Assembly (NCBI GenBank): GCA_022791685.1
Contig: JAAVZO010000042.1
Coordinates: 13,479 to 77,478, forward strand
From: Clostridiales bacterium
GTDB taxonomy: Bacteria > Bacillota > Clostridia > Oscillospirales > CAG-272
Length of the DNA stretch: 64,000 nt
Reading direction: 5' to 3'
Part shown: positions 9,201-17,059 of the stretch, in pieces
How the letters are laid out: each line of letters starts with the position of its first letter
Numbering within the stretch: the stretch's first letter is position 1
Translations under genes and position numbers: made by a program
Notes under the pieces: generated by a model
What the model was told of the DNA's origin: nothing
Database searches by the model: none
The model's input: the letters and a program-made list of their open reading frames with translations, nothing else

Positions 9201-10312
9201 TCGTCGATAAGATCCATGAGGGCGAGAATAACACTCTCAAGCTTATCGAGAGCGGCTGGATTGATTATGTGATTTCCACCTCCGCAAAAGGACGCATTCC
9301 GACGCGCGACAGCGTTAAGATACGCCGCAAGACAGTCGAACGCGCTATCCCATGTCTTACATCTATAGACACTGCAAATGCGGTCGCTGACTGCTTAAAG
9401 AGCCGCTACTCGCAGGCTTGCACTGAGCTTGTAAACATCAACGATATGCGCTCCGAAAAGGCATCACTCAACTTCACTAAGATGGAAGCCTGCGGAAACG
9501 ACTACATTTACTTCAACTGCTTTGACCAGAAGATAGACAATCCAGAGGGACTTTCGGTTCGTCTCGCTGACAGACACTTCGGTATCGGCGGAGACGGCGT
9601 AGTACTGATGTATCCGTCTAAGGTTGCCGATGTCAGAATGCGTATGTTCAACCTCGACGGCACAGAAGGCAAGATGTGCGGCAATGCTGCACGCTGCATA
9701 GCGAAGTACATGGTCGACAATAACCTCGTAGATGGTGAGACTGTCAAGATCGAGACTCTCAGCGGAATCCGCGAGGTCACAGTCGAAAAGGTAAACGGCG
9801 AAGTAAGCTGGGCTACTGTCAATATGGGCAAGGCTGAGCTGAATCCGGCTATGATTCCGGTGAAGCTCGCTGGTAACACCGCAATAGGCGTGCCGACCAA
9901 GGTCGCAGACGGACGTTACCGTATAACCTGCGTATCAATGGGCAACCCGCACTGCGTGGTATTCAGTGAAGATCTCGACGCGCCTCTCGATGACCTCAAT
10001 CTCGAAGAGATCGGACCAAAGTTCGAGAACGACCCGCTCTTCCCCGAGCGCATCAACACCGAGTTCATAAAGGTACTCAACCGTACAACGCTGAAAATGC
10101 GTGTATGGGAGCGCGGCTCTGGCGAAACATTCGCCTGCGGAAGCGGCGCGTGTGCTGCGGTAGTTGCAGCAGTCGAGAACGGCTACTGCCCGAAGAACGA
10201 GGATATCACCGTAAAACTGCGCGGCGGCGACCTCAAAATACGCTACACCAACGATGCAGTTTACCTATCCGGCGGATGCGTAAAGGTCTACGAAGGCAAG
10301 ACTATACTTTAA
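6251..10312 (+). CDS. carB: Carbamoyl-phosphate synthase large subunit fused in frame to a diaminopimelate-epimerase (DapF)-like domain (1353 aa)
   Basis: Residues 1 to ~1065 carry two ATP-grasp halves plus an MGS-like tail (full-length CarB). From ~9467 the same frame continues as LNFTKMEACGNDYIYF...MGNPHCVVF...ERGSGETFACGSGACA, which are typical DapF motifs with both catalytic-Cys contexts. No stop codon lies between them. Confidence 0.9.
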   Translation: MPLNKELKKVMVIGSGPIVIGQAAEFDYAGTQACRALKEDGLEVVLVNSNPATIMTDNAMADEVYIEPLTLPTIKRIIEKERPDSLLSTLGGQTGLTLSMQLAKEGFLDKMGVKLLGANPETIDKAEDRQSFKDTMLKIGQPVIPSTVVNDLESALAFAHTNGYPLIIRPAFTLGGSGGGIAQNEDEFIEITNNGLRLSPINQVLVEKCIAGWKEIEFEVMRDSAGNVITICSMENLDPVGVHTGDSIVIAPAVTLSDKEYQMLRSAALSIIDELKIEGGCNCQFALHPESMEYAVIEVNPRVSRSSALASKATGYPIAKVAAKIAIGYTLPEILNAVTKKTYACFEPTLDYVVVKFPKWPFDKFVYAKRTLGTQMKATGEVMAIGTTFEQAIMKAVRGVEIGMSSLSHKKYRGLSDDEIAERLYNIDDERIFIVYEALKRGTTIEKIHEITMIDEWFLSKLMNLIKLENELKTEPLTNDLYLKAKKLGYPDNVIEELIGEKLPAGMHRRAVYKMVDTCAAEFSAETPYFYSTYDDENEAAEFIDEHRPADKKTVIVFGAGPIRIGQGIEFDYASVHCVWSLKKAGYDVVIVNNNPETVSTDFDTADRLYFEPLTNEDVMNIIETEKPYGVVVAFGGQTAIKLTKFMSENGVNILGTSADSIDAAEDRERFDALLEMHHIERPEGFTVMTTEEALEIANRIGYPVLMRPSYVLGGQNMIIAFTDDDIKEYMAIILSHNIENPVLIDKYLMGIELEVDAICDGEDILIAGIMEHVERTGIHSGDSIAVYPAWNINDKLRRDIIECTKNLSVSLKIMGLVNIQYLIYKEQLYVIEVNPRSSRTIPYISKVTGVPMVDLATRAMLGEKLKDMGFGTGLYKTSPYVAVKVPVFSFEKLMNVDTHLGPEMKSTGEVLGLASTREEALYKGLVAAGYTLKKHGGVFITVRDSDKSEIGETAKRYYDLGFELYATRGTAKIIEDYGMKVKVVDKIHEGENNTLKLIESGWIDYVISTSAKGRIPTRDSVKIRRKTVERAIPCLTSIDTANAVADCLKSRYSQACTELVNINDMRSEKASLNFTKMEACGNDYIYFNCFDQKIDNPEGLSVRLADRHFGIGGDGVVLMYPSKVADVRMRMFNLDGTEGKMCGNAARCIAKYMVDNNLVDGETVKIETLSGIREVTVEKVNGEVSWATVNMGKAELNPAMIPVKLAGNTAIGVPTKVADGRYRITCVSMGNPHCVVFSEDLDAPLDDLNLEEIGPKFENDPLFPERINTEFIKVLNRTTLKMRVWERGSGETFACGSGACAAVVAAVENGYCPKNEDITVKLRGGDLKIRYTNDAVYLSGGCVKVYEGKTIL

Positions 10313-10328
10313 TCTAAATAACTACAAA

Positions 10329-10363
10329 ATGCCGATACGAGTAATCGTATCGGCATTATTTTT
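10329..10363. terminator. Bidirectional terminator between convergent carB-dapF and an oxidoreductase gene
   Basis: Stem atgccgatacg / cgtatcggcat (10329-10339 / 10346-10356), with an A-run upstream and a T-run downstream. Confidence 0.75.
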
Positions 10364-11438
10364 ATAACTTCACTACATCTCCTGACGAAATGCTGTCATA
10401 TACAGCGTTCATTATGCGTATCGTCTCGCGATGGCGGCGGAGATTTATCTTTGGCAGACGGCTAAGTCTGATGTTGTCGACAAACTCGTCGATAAGCCCG
10501 ACCCATTCGTCAAAATATGTGTAATTTACCGTGTAACGGTCATTCGGCGCGCCGTTGTGGTAGGTGTTAGGTCCGAAGCAATCTGTCATCAGCGTACCCT
10601 TTTCACCACTGATGATGAGGTTCACCTCCATGCGCTTTGGCGCTACCTCCCATCCCGGAGCTGGAACTTTGAGCCGTTCCTCCATGTTCGACCACGACGG
10701 GTCGAGTGAGAATATAACGCCATTCTTCATGCGTCCGATCACGTTCAGCATATCCTCTTCCTCGATATCCGGACGAATATTAGGCGCAGCTGAAGCGTAC
10801 AAGGTCTCGAATTCGCTGTCGGTAATCTCACGCAGCATATCGAAAATATGAGGGTGGTCACAGAGTGCACCGCCACGGAAACGGTTATCGCCCTCTTTCA
10901 GCGGAACACGCTTACCATAGCTCTTTTCAGGTACGCCCTGCCACGGGAACGCCCATACTGGCGAGAGCGTCGTATTTGTCGCCTTTATCGACAATATCTT
11001 TCCGAGCTTTCCGGAAACGATAATGTCCTTCATGCGCTGTACGACCGGATTATAATGCAGCTCAAGCTCGACTTGGCAGACTACTTTATTTTCCTCGCAA
11101 AGCTTGATCATTTCGTCGTATTCATCCATATCAAAGCTTGGGATCTTCATAGAGAGAATATGTATTCCCCTCTCGGCGCAGAGCTTCATCTGGCGCAAAT
11201 GGTCACTGTTCTCGCTTGCCAGTACGACTGCTTCGATTTCAGGGTGAGCGTCGAGCATAGCTTCGTCGGAATCAAAGCAGGGTATGCCGTCTACCGAATT
11301 GAGGAATATCTGCTTCACGTCCTCGTTCGCCGTCGATACTGCTATCCATTCGAGCTTCGGGTTTTCCTTCAACACCTGATAATATTTACGCGTATGTCCA
11401 TGTGTCATTGACATCATGGCTATTTTTAATCTTTCCAT
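10362..11438 (-). CDS. Gfo/Idh/MocA-family NAD(P)-dependent oxidoreductase
   Basis: N-terminal Rossmann-like segment (KIAMMSMTHGHTRKYY...) and the overall length and pattern of the family. It is the last gene of the minus-strand hexosamine locus. Confidence 0.8.
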   Translation of the reverse strand: MERLKIAMMSMTHGHTRKYYQVLKENPKLEWIAVSTANEDVKQIFLNSVDGIPCFDSDEAMLDAHPEIEAVVLASENSDHLRQMKLCAERGIHILSMKIPSFDMDEYDEMIKLCEENKVVCQVELELHYNPVVQRMKDIIVSGKLGKILSIKATNTTLSPVWAFPWQGVPEKSYGKRVPLKEGDNRFRGGALCDHPHIFDMLREITDSEFETLYASAAPNIRPDIEEEDMLNVIGRMKNGVIFSLDPSWSNMEERLKVPAPGWEVAPKRMEVNLIISGEKGTLMTDCFGPNTYHNGAPNDRYTVNYTYFDEWVGLIDEFVDNIRLSRLPKINLRRHRETIRIMNAVYDSISSGDVVKL

Positions 11439-11441
11439 AGT

Positions 11442-12131
11442 TTACACCGACACCTTTCTGCACTCGCTTATAGAAGTACGCACGCAGTCGAGCAAATGAT
11501 TGAGCGCCTTGTCATCGCTGAGCGCCGCCTCACGCAGCAACGCATCCTTAGCCAGCGCAAACGCCGCACGAACCTTAGCAACGTCATCAGCGTTAAGTCC
11601 ATACAGTTCAAAGTCAACATCAGTATAAGCTTCATTCTCATCAGCATAAAGATATATCGACTGCTGTGGTATCTGTGTATCGACTACGCGGTCGCATACG
11701 AGTCCGCGCGCACTGATAACCTCGTGCTTGTCGATCGGAACTGCACCCTTTGGAAGTGTGTTCGCGACCTCTATCGTACACTGTACACCATTGTCGAGCA
11801 CAGCGATCATATTTGCCGCCGATTTACCGTTCGCGAATGCCATAACACTCGCAACCTCGTGCATTGACAGATAACGGCAGATATCAAGTTCACGCCGAAT
11901 AAGCGTTTCAAGCGATACGTCAGCCGATGTAACATGACCGCAGCGGATAGTAGAAATTCCGGTAAGCGTTCCATCGTTCATCATCTTACGAAGCTCAGCA
12001 AACCGACGCTCGAAACGGTGCGGCATAAGCGGGTAGGCAGTATTATCAATAGCCACTGTATCGCCGCTAATCTCAGCTGTAGCTGTAACTGCATATTTTT
12101 CCAACAGCAGATTTAATTTTTCCTGTAACAT
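11442..12131 (-). CDS. Hypothetical protein resembling only the C-terminal alpha/beta domain of Gfo/Idh/MocA oxidoreductases (229 aa)
   Basis: The start was moved to ATG 12131 (MLQEK), which has a GAGG RBS and avoids overlap with the upstream SIS gene. There is no Rossmann motif. The similarity to the oxidoreductase C-domain is my visual impression only. Confidence 0.45.
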   Translation of the reverse strand: MLQEKLNLLLEKYAVTATAEISGDTVAIDNTAYPLMPHRFERRFAELRKMMNDGTLTGISTIRCGHVTSADVSLETLIRRELDICRYLSMHEVASVMAFANGKSAANMIAVLDNGVQCTIEVANTLPKGAVPIDKHEVISARGLVCDRVVDTQIPQQSIYLYADENEAYTDVDFELYGLNADDVAKVRAAFALAKDALLREAALSDDKALNHLLDCVRTSISECRKVSV

Positions 12132-12142
12132 AATAACCTCTA

Positions 12143-12892
12143 TTAAAGCATTTTGACGCGCGGACGATACTTCTCTATCAGTGCCGCATTCTTCTCGTCT
12201 CCACCCGGAACGTTCGCACTCGACCATACCGGCGGCGTAATTCCACGGCGCACACATTCTGCTACTGTGTTGATCTCAAGCATATGCGCGATGTAAAAGT
12301 CGACGATATTCGATATCGGCGCGATAGACGTTTCACATCCGGGGACGTTTACTTCTGAGTCGCCGACCGGATTGAAGTCATCGATAGCAACATCAGCGAA
12401 ATCAAACAGATTCTTCTTTGATGGGTGACGGATGAAATGGTCCGCTGGTATATCATTCTGCCAGTACGAGCTCGAAACTGCAATTATCTTTGCGCCCGCT
12501 TTCTTAGCTTCCATCGCAGCGTCGATAGTCGCTGCGTTAATACCGATGTTGTGGAAAATTATCAGCACGTCATCCTGCTTCAGCTGATAATATTTCATTA
12601 TCGACGCACCGAAATTGACGGTACGCTCAAGCTCGAGATACTTCAGCGCCTGATTGAATACCGACAGCGCCGGTTCCATCACCGGGTCGATATTGGCAAG
12701 TCCACCAGCACGGAAAAACATCTCACCAACCGGCAATGTCGTATGTCCTCCGCCACCGTAAACATGAATCAGTCTGTCATCCGCGATAGCGTCCGCCATA
12801 AGCTTCGCCGCTGCGTCAATATTGTCGCCCTGAGTCGCATTGACCTTTTCAAGGTTTGCGATTATTTTTGAATAATATCCAAAATCCTGCAT
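12143..12892 (-). CDS. SIS-domain protein (UPF0309-like sugar-phosphate isomerase/binding protein)
   Basis: DRLIHVYGGGGHTTLPVGEMFFRAGGLA and IIFHNIGINAATIDAAMEAKKAGAKIIAVSS are typical of the stand-alone SIS family. Confidence 0.7.
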   Translation of the reverse strand: MQDFGYYSKIIANLEKVNATQGDNIDAAAKLMADAIADDRLIHVYGGGGHTTLPVGEMFFRAGGLANIDPVMEPALSVFNQALKYLELERTVNFGASIMKYYQLKQDDVLIIFHNIGINAATIDAAMEAKKAGAKIIAVSSSYWQNDIPADHFIRHPSKKNLFDFADVAIDDFNPVGDSEVNVPGCETSIAPISNIVDFYIAHMLEINTVAECVRRGITPPVWSSANVPGGDEKNAALIEKYRPRVKML

Positions 12893-12902
12893 ATTCTTCT
12901 CC

Positions 12903-13937
12903 TCAATTCTGTTTCATAACGCGGCGATAGTTCTCGCCTATCTTATCCCACAGCGCGATAGGGTCTTTCGCCGCTACCGATGTACCGTATCCGCCGCGAT
13001 AGGTCCACGTTCCGAGACGGTCAACGCCAAGGCTCTCGTACAAATCAACGACTTTATCAACCTGCGCAAGGTCGATCGGACACTTGTTATAGCCCATCAG
13101 CCAACGCTCAGACTCCTTGCCGTACTTGCGCGCAATGTTTACTGTCCGCTCGGTTATATCGCGGAAGAAGCCCTCCGGCAGCTCCCAGTTGATTATTGTA
13201 GTCGAGAATACATCGAAATACGGGCAGGCTGCAACTGCGTCCCAATTATCGTATCCGCGAAGTTCGGTGACATAGTATGTATTCAGCGTTGCGTGTACAC
13301 AGCAGGTGATTTCGAGCTTCGAGTTTATCTCCTTAAGCGCCTTTGAAGTATCTACAAGGATCTCCAACGCTTCACGCCAACGGAACTGTTTGACATCATC
13401 TGTCATCAGCTTCGGCATTTCGTAGCCATAATAATCATAGAATTTCTTCTGGCAAACCGGACATCTGCACGCCCAGTCTTCACCAGCGCCACCGGTTATC
13501 GACGCATACGATTTCGGCAGCGCGTAATGCGGCTCATCCCAGAAGAAACCGTCGATCTCGGTATTCTCTGCTACCTTTACAGCCATGCGCTTGAAGTAGT
13601 CGCGGAAGGACTGCGTGTTGAAACAAGCGGCATTCAGCGGCTCTCCGGTAAACGCCGACACCTGACGATTGTGTATATTATTCTGCAAGAACAAGCTTAC
13701 CTGCTCGCCGCCGAAATATTTTCCTATACCCCACAGATCGGCGATACAGCGCAGTCCGACATCATGTGCGGTCTTGATTATATTGTTGAGATTCGGGAAC
13801 CAAAAATCAAGGTCAAACTCGGTTATCGCGAGTATCACTGTATCGCAGCCGTGTTCCTTCATTTCAAGAAAATCGACGCGCGCGTGCTCCTCGTAGTTCA
13901 TTCCGTAATAGCTTATAGATGTGTGTTTTATTGACAT
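12903..13937 (-). CDS. Hypothetical protein, possibly a TIM-barrel glycoside-hydrolase-like fold with a CxCxxC motif
   Basis: Clean ORF tightly packed between the GH20 and SIS genes. Alternating beta/alpha-like pattern with DGFFWDEPHY and CRCPVCQKKF. I recognise no family. Confidence 0.4.
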   Translation of the reverse strand: MSIKHTSISYYGMNYEEHARVDFLEMKEHGCDTVILAITEFDLDFWFPNLNNIIKTAHDVGLRCIADLWGIGKYFGGEQVSLFLQNNIHNRQVSAFTGEPLNAACFNTQSFRDYFKRMAVKVAENTEIDGFFWDEPHYALPKSYASITGGAGEDWACRCPVCQKKFYDYYGYEMPKLMTDDVKQFRWREALEILVDTSKALKEINSKLEITCCVHATLNTYYVTELRGYDNWDAVAACPYFDVFSTTIINWELPEGFFRDITERTVNIARKYGKESERWLMGYNKCPIDLAQVDKVVDLYESLGVDRLGTWTYRGGYGTSVAAKDPIALWDKIGENYRRVMKQN

Positions 13938-13954
13938 TTTTAACTCCAGTAACG

Positions 13955-15385
13955 TTATTGCAATACTTCGTTTAAATTCCAGCCGGCTTCGTCAAAATTA
14001 CCTTCGGTATCATATAACCGACGCAGCAGGCACGCAAATTCAGTCTGCGCATACGGTGCGCGTCCATAGCCTTCACACCATACACATCCCGCCCAATATC
14101 CCGCGTCACGCAGGAATGAAGGAAGTCTGTCCCATGTTGTCAGCATTATTCCGAACGCATTCATGCGCTTAGCGTCAGCTGACAGCGTGCGGATATTTTC
14201 GTGGTCATCCCAAGGACAAACGATTGTATCAAAGCCTTTATCAATAAAGTACTGTGTAGTCGGATTGAAATCATCCTTATACCAATACTGCCAGTCAGCA
14301 ATAATTGCTCGCTTGTCGATAAGGTCGATTGCCTTATCTGTATTGTGACTATTACCGCTCGCAACCGCTCCCTTGAAATCCTTACTGCTTATAAGCTCGT
14401 CGTGCCAGATTATCGGTCGTCTGCCATCCTTCGCCAAATCATCAGTCAAACGATTCAGGTACTCGCTGAGCAGTTCATACGGCTCGCGTTTACGGCACTT
14501 ATCGCAGGTAGCGAACGAATACGCCTCATCAAAGCCAAGGTGAAAATATCCGCCGTCGCCGCAAAGCTCCATCTGCTCGGCACGCATTTCAGCAAGAAGC
14601 TTGTATGTGTCGGGGTTAGACAGACACCACGTCCAGCCGTCCGGCTCGAACAGCATCGACAGACGCGGATTATTGTTGAGCACCACGTGTCGACCGTAGC
14701 AGCTGCGCGATTGTGTCGCGTGTCCGAAATGGTTCACCATCGGGATTATCTCCATACCATAGCTTCTTGCGAGGTCGATCAGCGGCTCTACCTCTGCCTT
14801 GCTGAAGGAATGCCCATCCCACGCAAGCTCCGGCATACACTTATATTGATACGTTCCCCAGAACTCAATGATCAAGTGCGTAAGTTTAAGAAATCCGGCG
14901 AGGTGTATCGCCTTTTCGATGTTGTAAAGCTTGCTGTCCGGGAATATGCAGATGTGGATCGCGCGGAACTTGATCGCGGGTGAATCGTGTACCTCTGCGG
15001 ACGAGATGTAGAATTGCTCATGACCTTCGGACAAGTTGATCGGGCAAATCAGCTGCACAAGCGTCTTTATCGCATTGAGAAGTGAAGACTCATCCTTAGC
15101 CTTCGCGCAAACACCAGATTCAGTAACGCTGATCGCATATTCATCGTCGGCTTCAAGGCTGCAATCTGCATTTCCGATAATTAAACTGTAACCGCAACCA
15201 GCAGCTGCGTTAATTTCAAGCTCAGACGCATCGCACGAAAAGCGGTACCACAGCTTCTTTGCACGCTCAGCGCATTTTTCTGACAATCCACTGACAATTG
15301 CAGTAACCTTAGAACCAAAGATAAAACGGTGTGCTTCATCTTCAGTGAACTTTTTTGGGGTCGGGTATAAATGACGTAAATACAT
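13955..15385 (-). CDS. Glycoside hydrolase family 20-like beta-N-acetylhexosaminidase (no signal peptide)
   Basis: The catalytic-region motif HLGFDE (H-x-G-x-D-E) and the preceding NHFGH segment are characteristic of GH20. Confidence 0.7.
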   Translation of the reverse strand: MYLRHLYPTPKKFTEDEAHRFIFGSKVTAIVSGLSEKCAERAKKLWYRFSCDASELEINAAAGCGYSLIIGNADCSLEADDEYAISVTESGVCAKAKDESSLLNAIKTLVQLICPINLSEGHEQFYISSAEVHDSPAIKFRAIHICIFPDSKLYNIEKAIHLAGFLKLTHLIIEFWGTYQYKCMPELAWDGHSFSKAEVEPLIDLARSYGMEIIPMVNHFGHATQSRSCYGRHVVLNNNPRLSMLFEPDGWTWCLSNPDTYKLLAEMRAEQMELCGDGGYFHLGFDEAYSFATCDKCRKREPYELLSEYLNRLTDDLAKDGRRPIIWHDELISSKDFKGAVASGNSHNTDKAIDLIDKRAIIADWQYWYKDDFNPTTQYFIDKGFDTIVCPWDDHENIRTLSADAKRMNAFGIMLTTWDRLPSFLRDAGYWAGCVWCEGYGRAPYAQTEFACLLRRLYDTEGNFDEAGWNLNEVLQ

Positions 15386-15396
15386 AATTCTCTCCT

Positions 15397-16860
15397 TTAT
15401 TCTGCGGCTTTATTTAAGTTTTCCATCCCATTCTCCCAGAATGAACGCATACGTTCAAGATATGAGGTAATATTGCCGTTGCTCATCTGGAGTATATTGT
15501 TCGGCATATCACCGGCGGAAAATGTACTTCCATAGCAGAATGCAAAGTCAGTCGTCATACCTTCGCGAATAAGCGCCAGCATTTCCGGCACGTCTTCATC
15601 GCGTGTATATTTGGCTTCAAGCGCTACCTCATAGTAAGCCGGAACAACATCAATCATGCTGTAGTAACTGAGCGCTTCCATAACGCGGCAGGTAAGGTCG
15701 ATATCACTCGCAGTTTTCGGGATAACAAGCAAGTCAGATGAAGTACCTATTTGCGTGTGATATTTCTCTTGTGTCTCATCATACTTCGGCATTGGGATAA
15801 GTCCAAAATCAGACTTCATATTGCGCATAAGCTCACTTTCGGTCACATATAGATATGACGCATGGAAAAGCGCTCGGTCTTCGGTAAACGCCGATACATA
15901 TTGATTAAAATCAACAGCTCCAAAATTAACTATCAAGCCTTCATTATCCTTCACTGCCATAAGCTTATCATAGATATTGGCAAGTCTGTCAGTTAAACCA
16001 ATAAAAACTCTTGTTCCGCTGTCATCTACATCAAAGACTTTTATTTCTGTTGCGGTAAGAAATGTACGGTACGGCACTCCCTGCGTGTAGAAACCGACAC
16101 GGTCATCGGTTTCCGTAATCTTGCCGTCGTTGTTAAGGTCTGCTGCTACTGCCTCAGACATTTCGAGAAGCTTGTCTACCGTCCATTTCCCACTGCGCAC
16201 AAGATCATACGGATTTTCGAGCGAGAAATCCTCGATTACCTTTTTATTAAAGTACATAACAGTGCAGTCTTTATAAAGCGACAGATTCGCGTCGCCTATC
16301 GCGCAGTAGAGCTTGCCGTCGCCAATAGAGAGATTTTCAACTATATCTGATATCCACCACGGATTTTCAAGATTCAAATCGCTTTGAGAAGTAAGCTCAA
16401 CTAAAACATCATTGAGTATCAAAGGCGTTGTGCAGGCAACAAATCCAGTGACTAAATCATAGTCACTGTCGCCAGCCATAACCGAGTTTATGACAAGCGA
16501 ATTGTACGTATCTCTCTGTTCCCAGTCATCAGACTCATATTGATAAGTGAAGTTGATGTTGAATAGCTCCTCAACCTTCTTGCTGCGGTTATAAACCTTG
16601 TCGTTTACAATTTCTCCGTTTGATTCAGATACAAACTCGTAGCTCTTTTCAAGCGGAACAAGAATATTAAAATCGCGTCCGCCGTTATCCTCCGGCTGAA
16701 TACCAAGCGCCGTTCCGCTTGATTCAGAGTCCTGAATAGAACCCCCCCCCGAACTTTCGTCGTTCGTATCAACGTCATTCGGTGTTTCACCATTGCCGCA
16801 AGCGAACATTGACGCTGTCATTAAAAGCAGCAAAATGGATGTTATTGTGCGTTTTTTCAT
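15397..16860 (-). CDS. Lipoprotein, ABC-transporter extracellular solute-binding protein (487 aa)
   Basis: Signal peptide with a lipobox (LLLLMTASMFAC), a Ser/Gly/Asp-rich linker, then SBP-like sequence. GGAGG RBS. It is a paralog of the broken gene at 51273-52720. Confidence 0.8.
   Translation of the reverse strand: MKKRTITSILLLLMTASMFACGNGETPNDVDTNDESSGGGSIQDSESSGTALGIQPEDNGGRDFNILVPLEKSYEFVSESNGEIVNDKVYNRSKKVEELFNINFTYQYESDDWEQRDTYNSLVINSVMAGDSDYDLVTGFVACTTPLILNDVLVELTSQSDLNLENPWWISDIVENLSIGDGKLYCAIGDANLSLYKDCTVMYFNKKVIEDFSLENPYDLVRSGKWTVDKLLEMSEAVAADLNNDGKITETDDRVGFYTQGVPYRTFLTATEIKVFDVDDSGTRVFIGLTDRLANIYDKLMAVKDNEGLIVNFGAVDFNQYVSAFTEDRALFHASYLYVTESELMRNMKSDFGLIPMPKYDETQEKYHTQIGTSSDLLVIPKTASDIDLTCRVMEALSYYSMIDVVPAYYEVALEAKYTRDEDVPEMLALIREGMTTDFAFCYGSTFSAGDMPNNILQMSNGNITSYLERMRSFWENGMENLNKAAE
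16742..16750 (-). repeat. G9 homopolymer (C9 on plus strand) inside the SBP linker, in frame (encodes GGG)
   Basis: Direct count of nine consecutive C at 16742-16750. It encodes the GGG of ...DESSGGGSIQD... just after the lipobox. Confidence 0.95.
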
Positions 16861-16901
16861 AATGAGTAACCTCCGGTTATATATTTTTGTATCTATAATT
16901 T

Positions 16902-16930
16902 ATTATATCAGATAAAATTAGTGTATGCAA
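16902..16930 (-). promoter_or_regulatory. Sigma-70-type promoter for the SBP/GH20 operon
   Basis: On the minus strand: TTGCAT (16925-16930), 17-nt spacer, TATAAT (16902-16907). It lies between the upstream terminators and the SBP start. Confidence 0.5.
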
Positions 16931-16945
16931 TAGAAATTAAAAAAT

Positions 16946-17030
16946 CGTACCAGAACATTATACAATATGTTCTGGTACGATCTCACATATTTCAATAAGA
17001 AAAAATCCCATGCCTAAGCATGGGATTTTT
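16946..17030 (-). terminator. Two tandem rho-independent terminators ending the upstream seven-gene operon
   Basis: Hairpin 1 is aaaaaatcccatgc / gcatgggattttt (17001-17030). Hairpin 2 is a perfect 13-bp stem cgtaccagaacat / atgttctggtacg (16946-16958 / 16967-16979). On the minus strand each is followed by a T-run. Confidence 0.8.
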
Positions 17031-17059
17031 GTTTGATAAACTTGATATCAGAATACCAA

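Noticed and set aside
14201-14983. 260-aa plus-strand ORF inside the GH20 gene. There are similar long antisense ORFs at 26160-26924, 35294-35986, 36019-36849, 53993-54934, 62095-63153, 10848-11411, 29941-30561 and 44052-44456.
   Set aside because: Each lies entirely antisense to a gene with strong family motifs. None has a convincing RBS, and their translations are low-complexity or Cys/Arg/Ser-rich with no recognisable motifs. This is typical of shadow ORFs.
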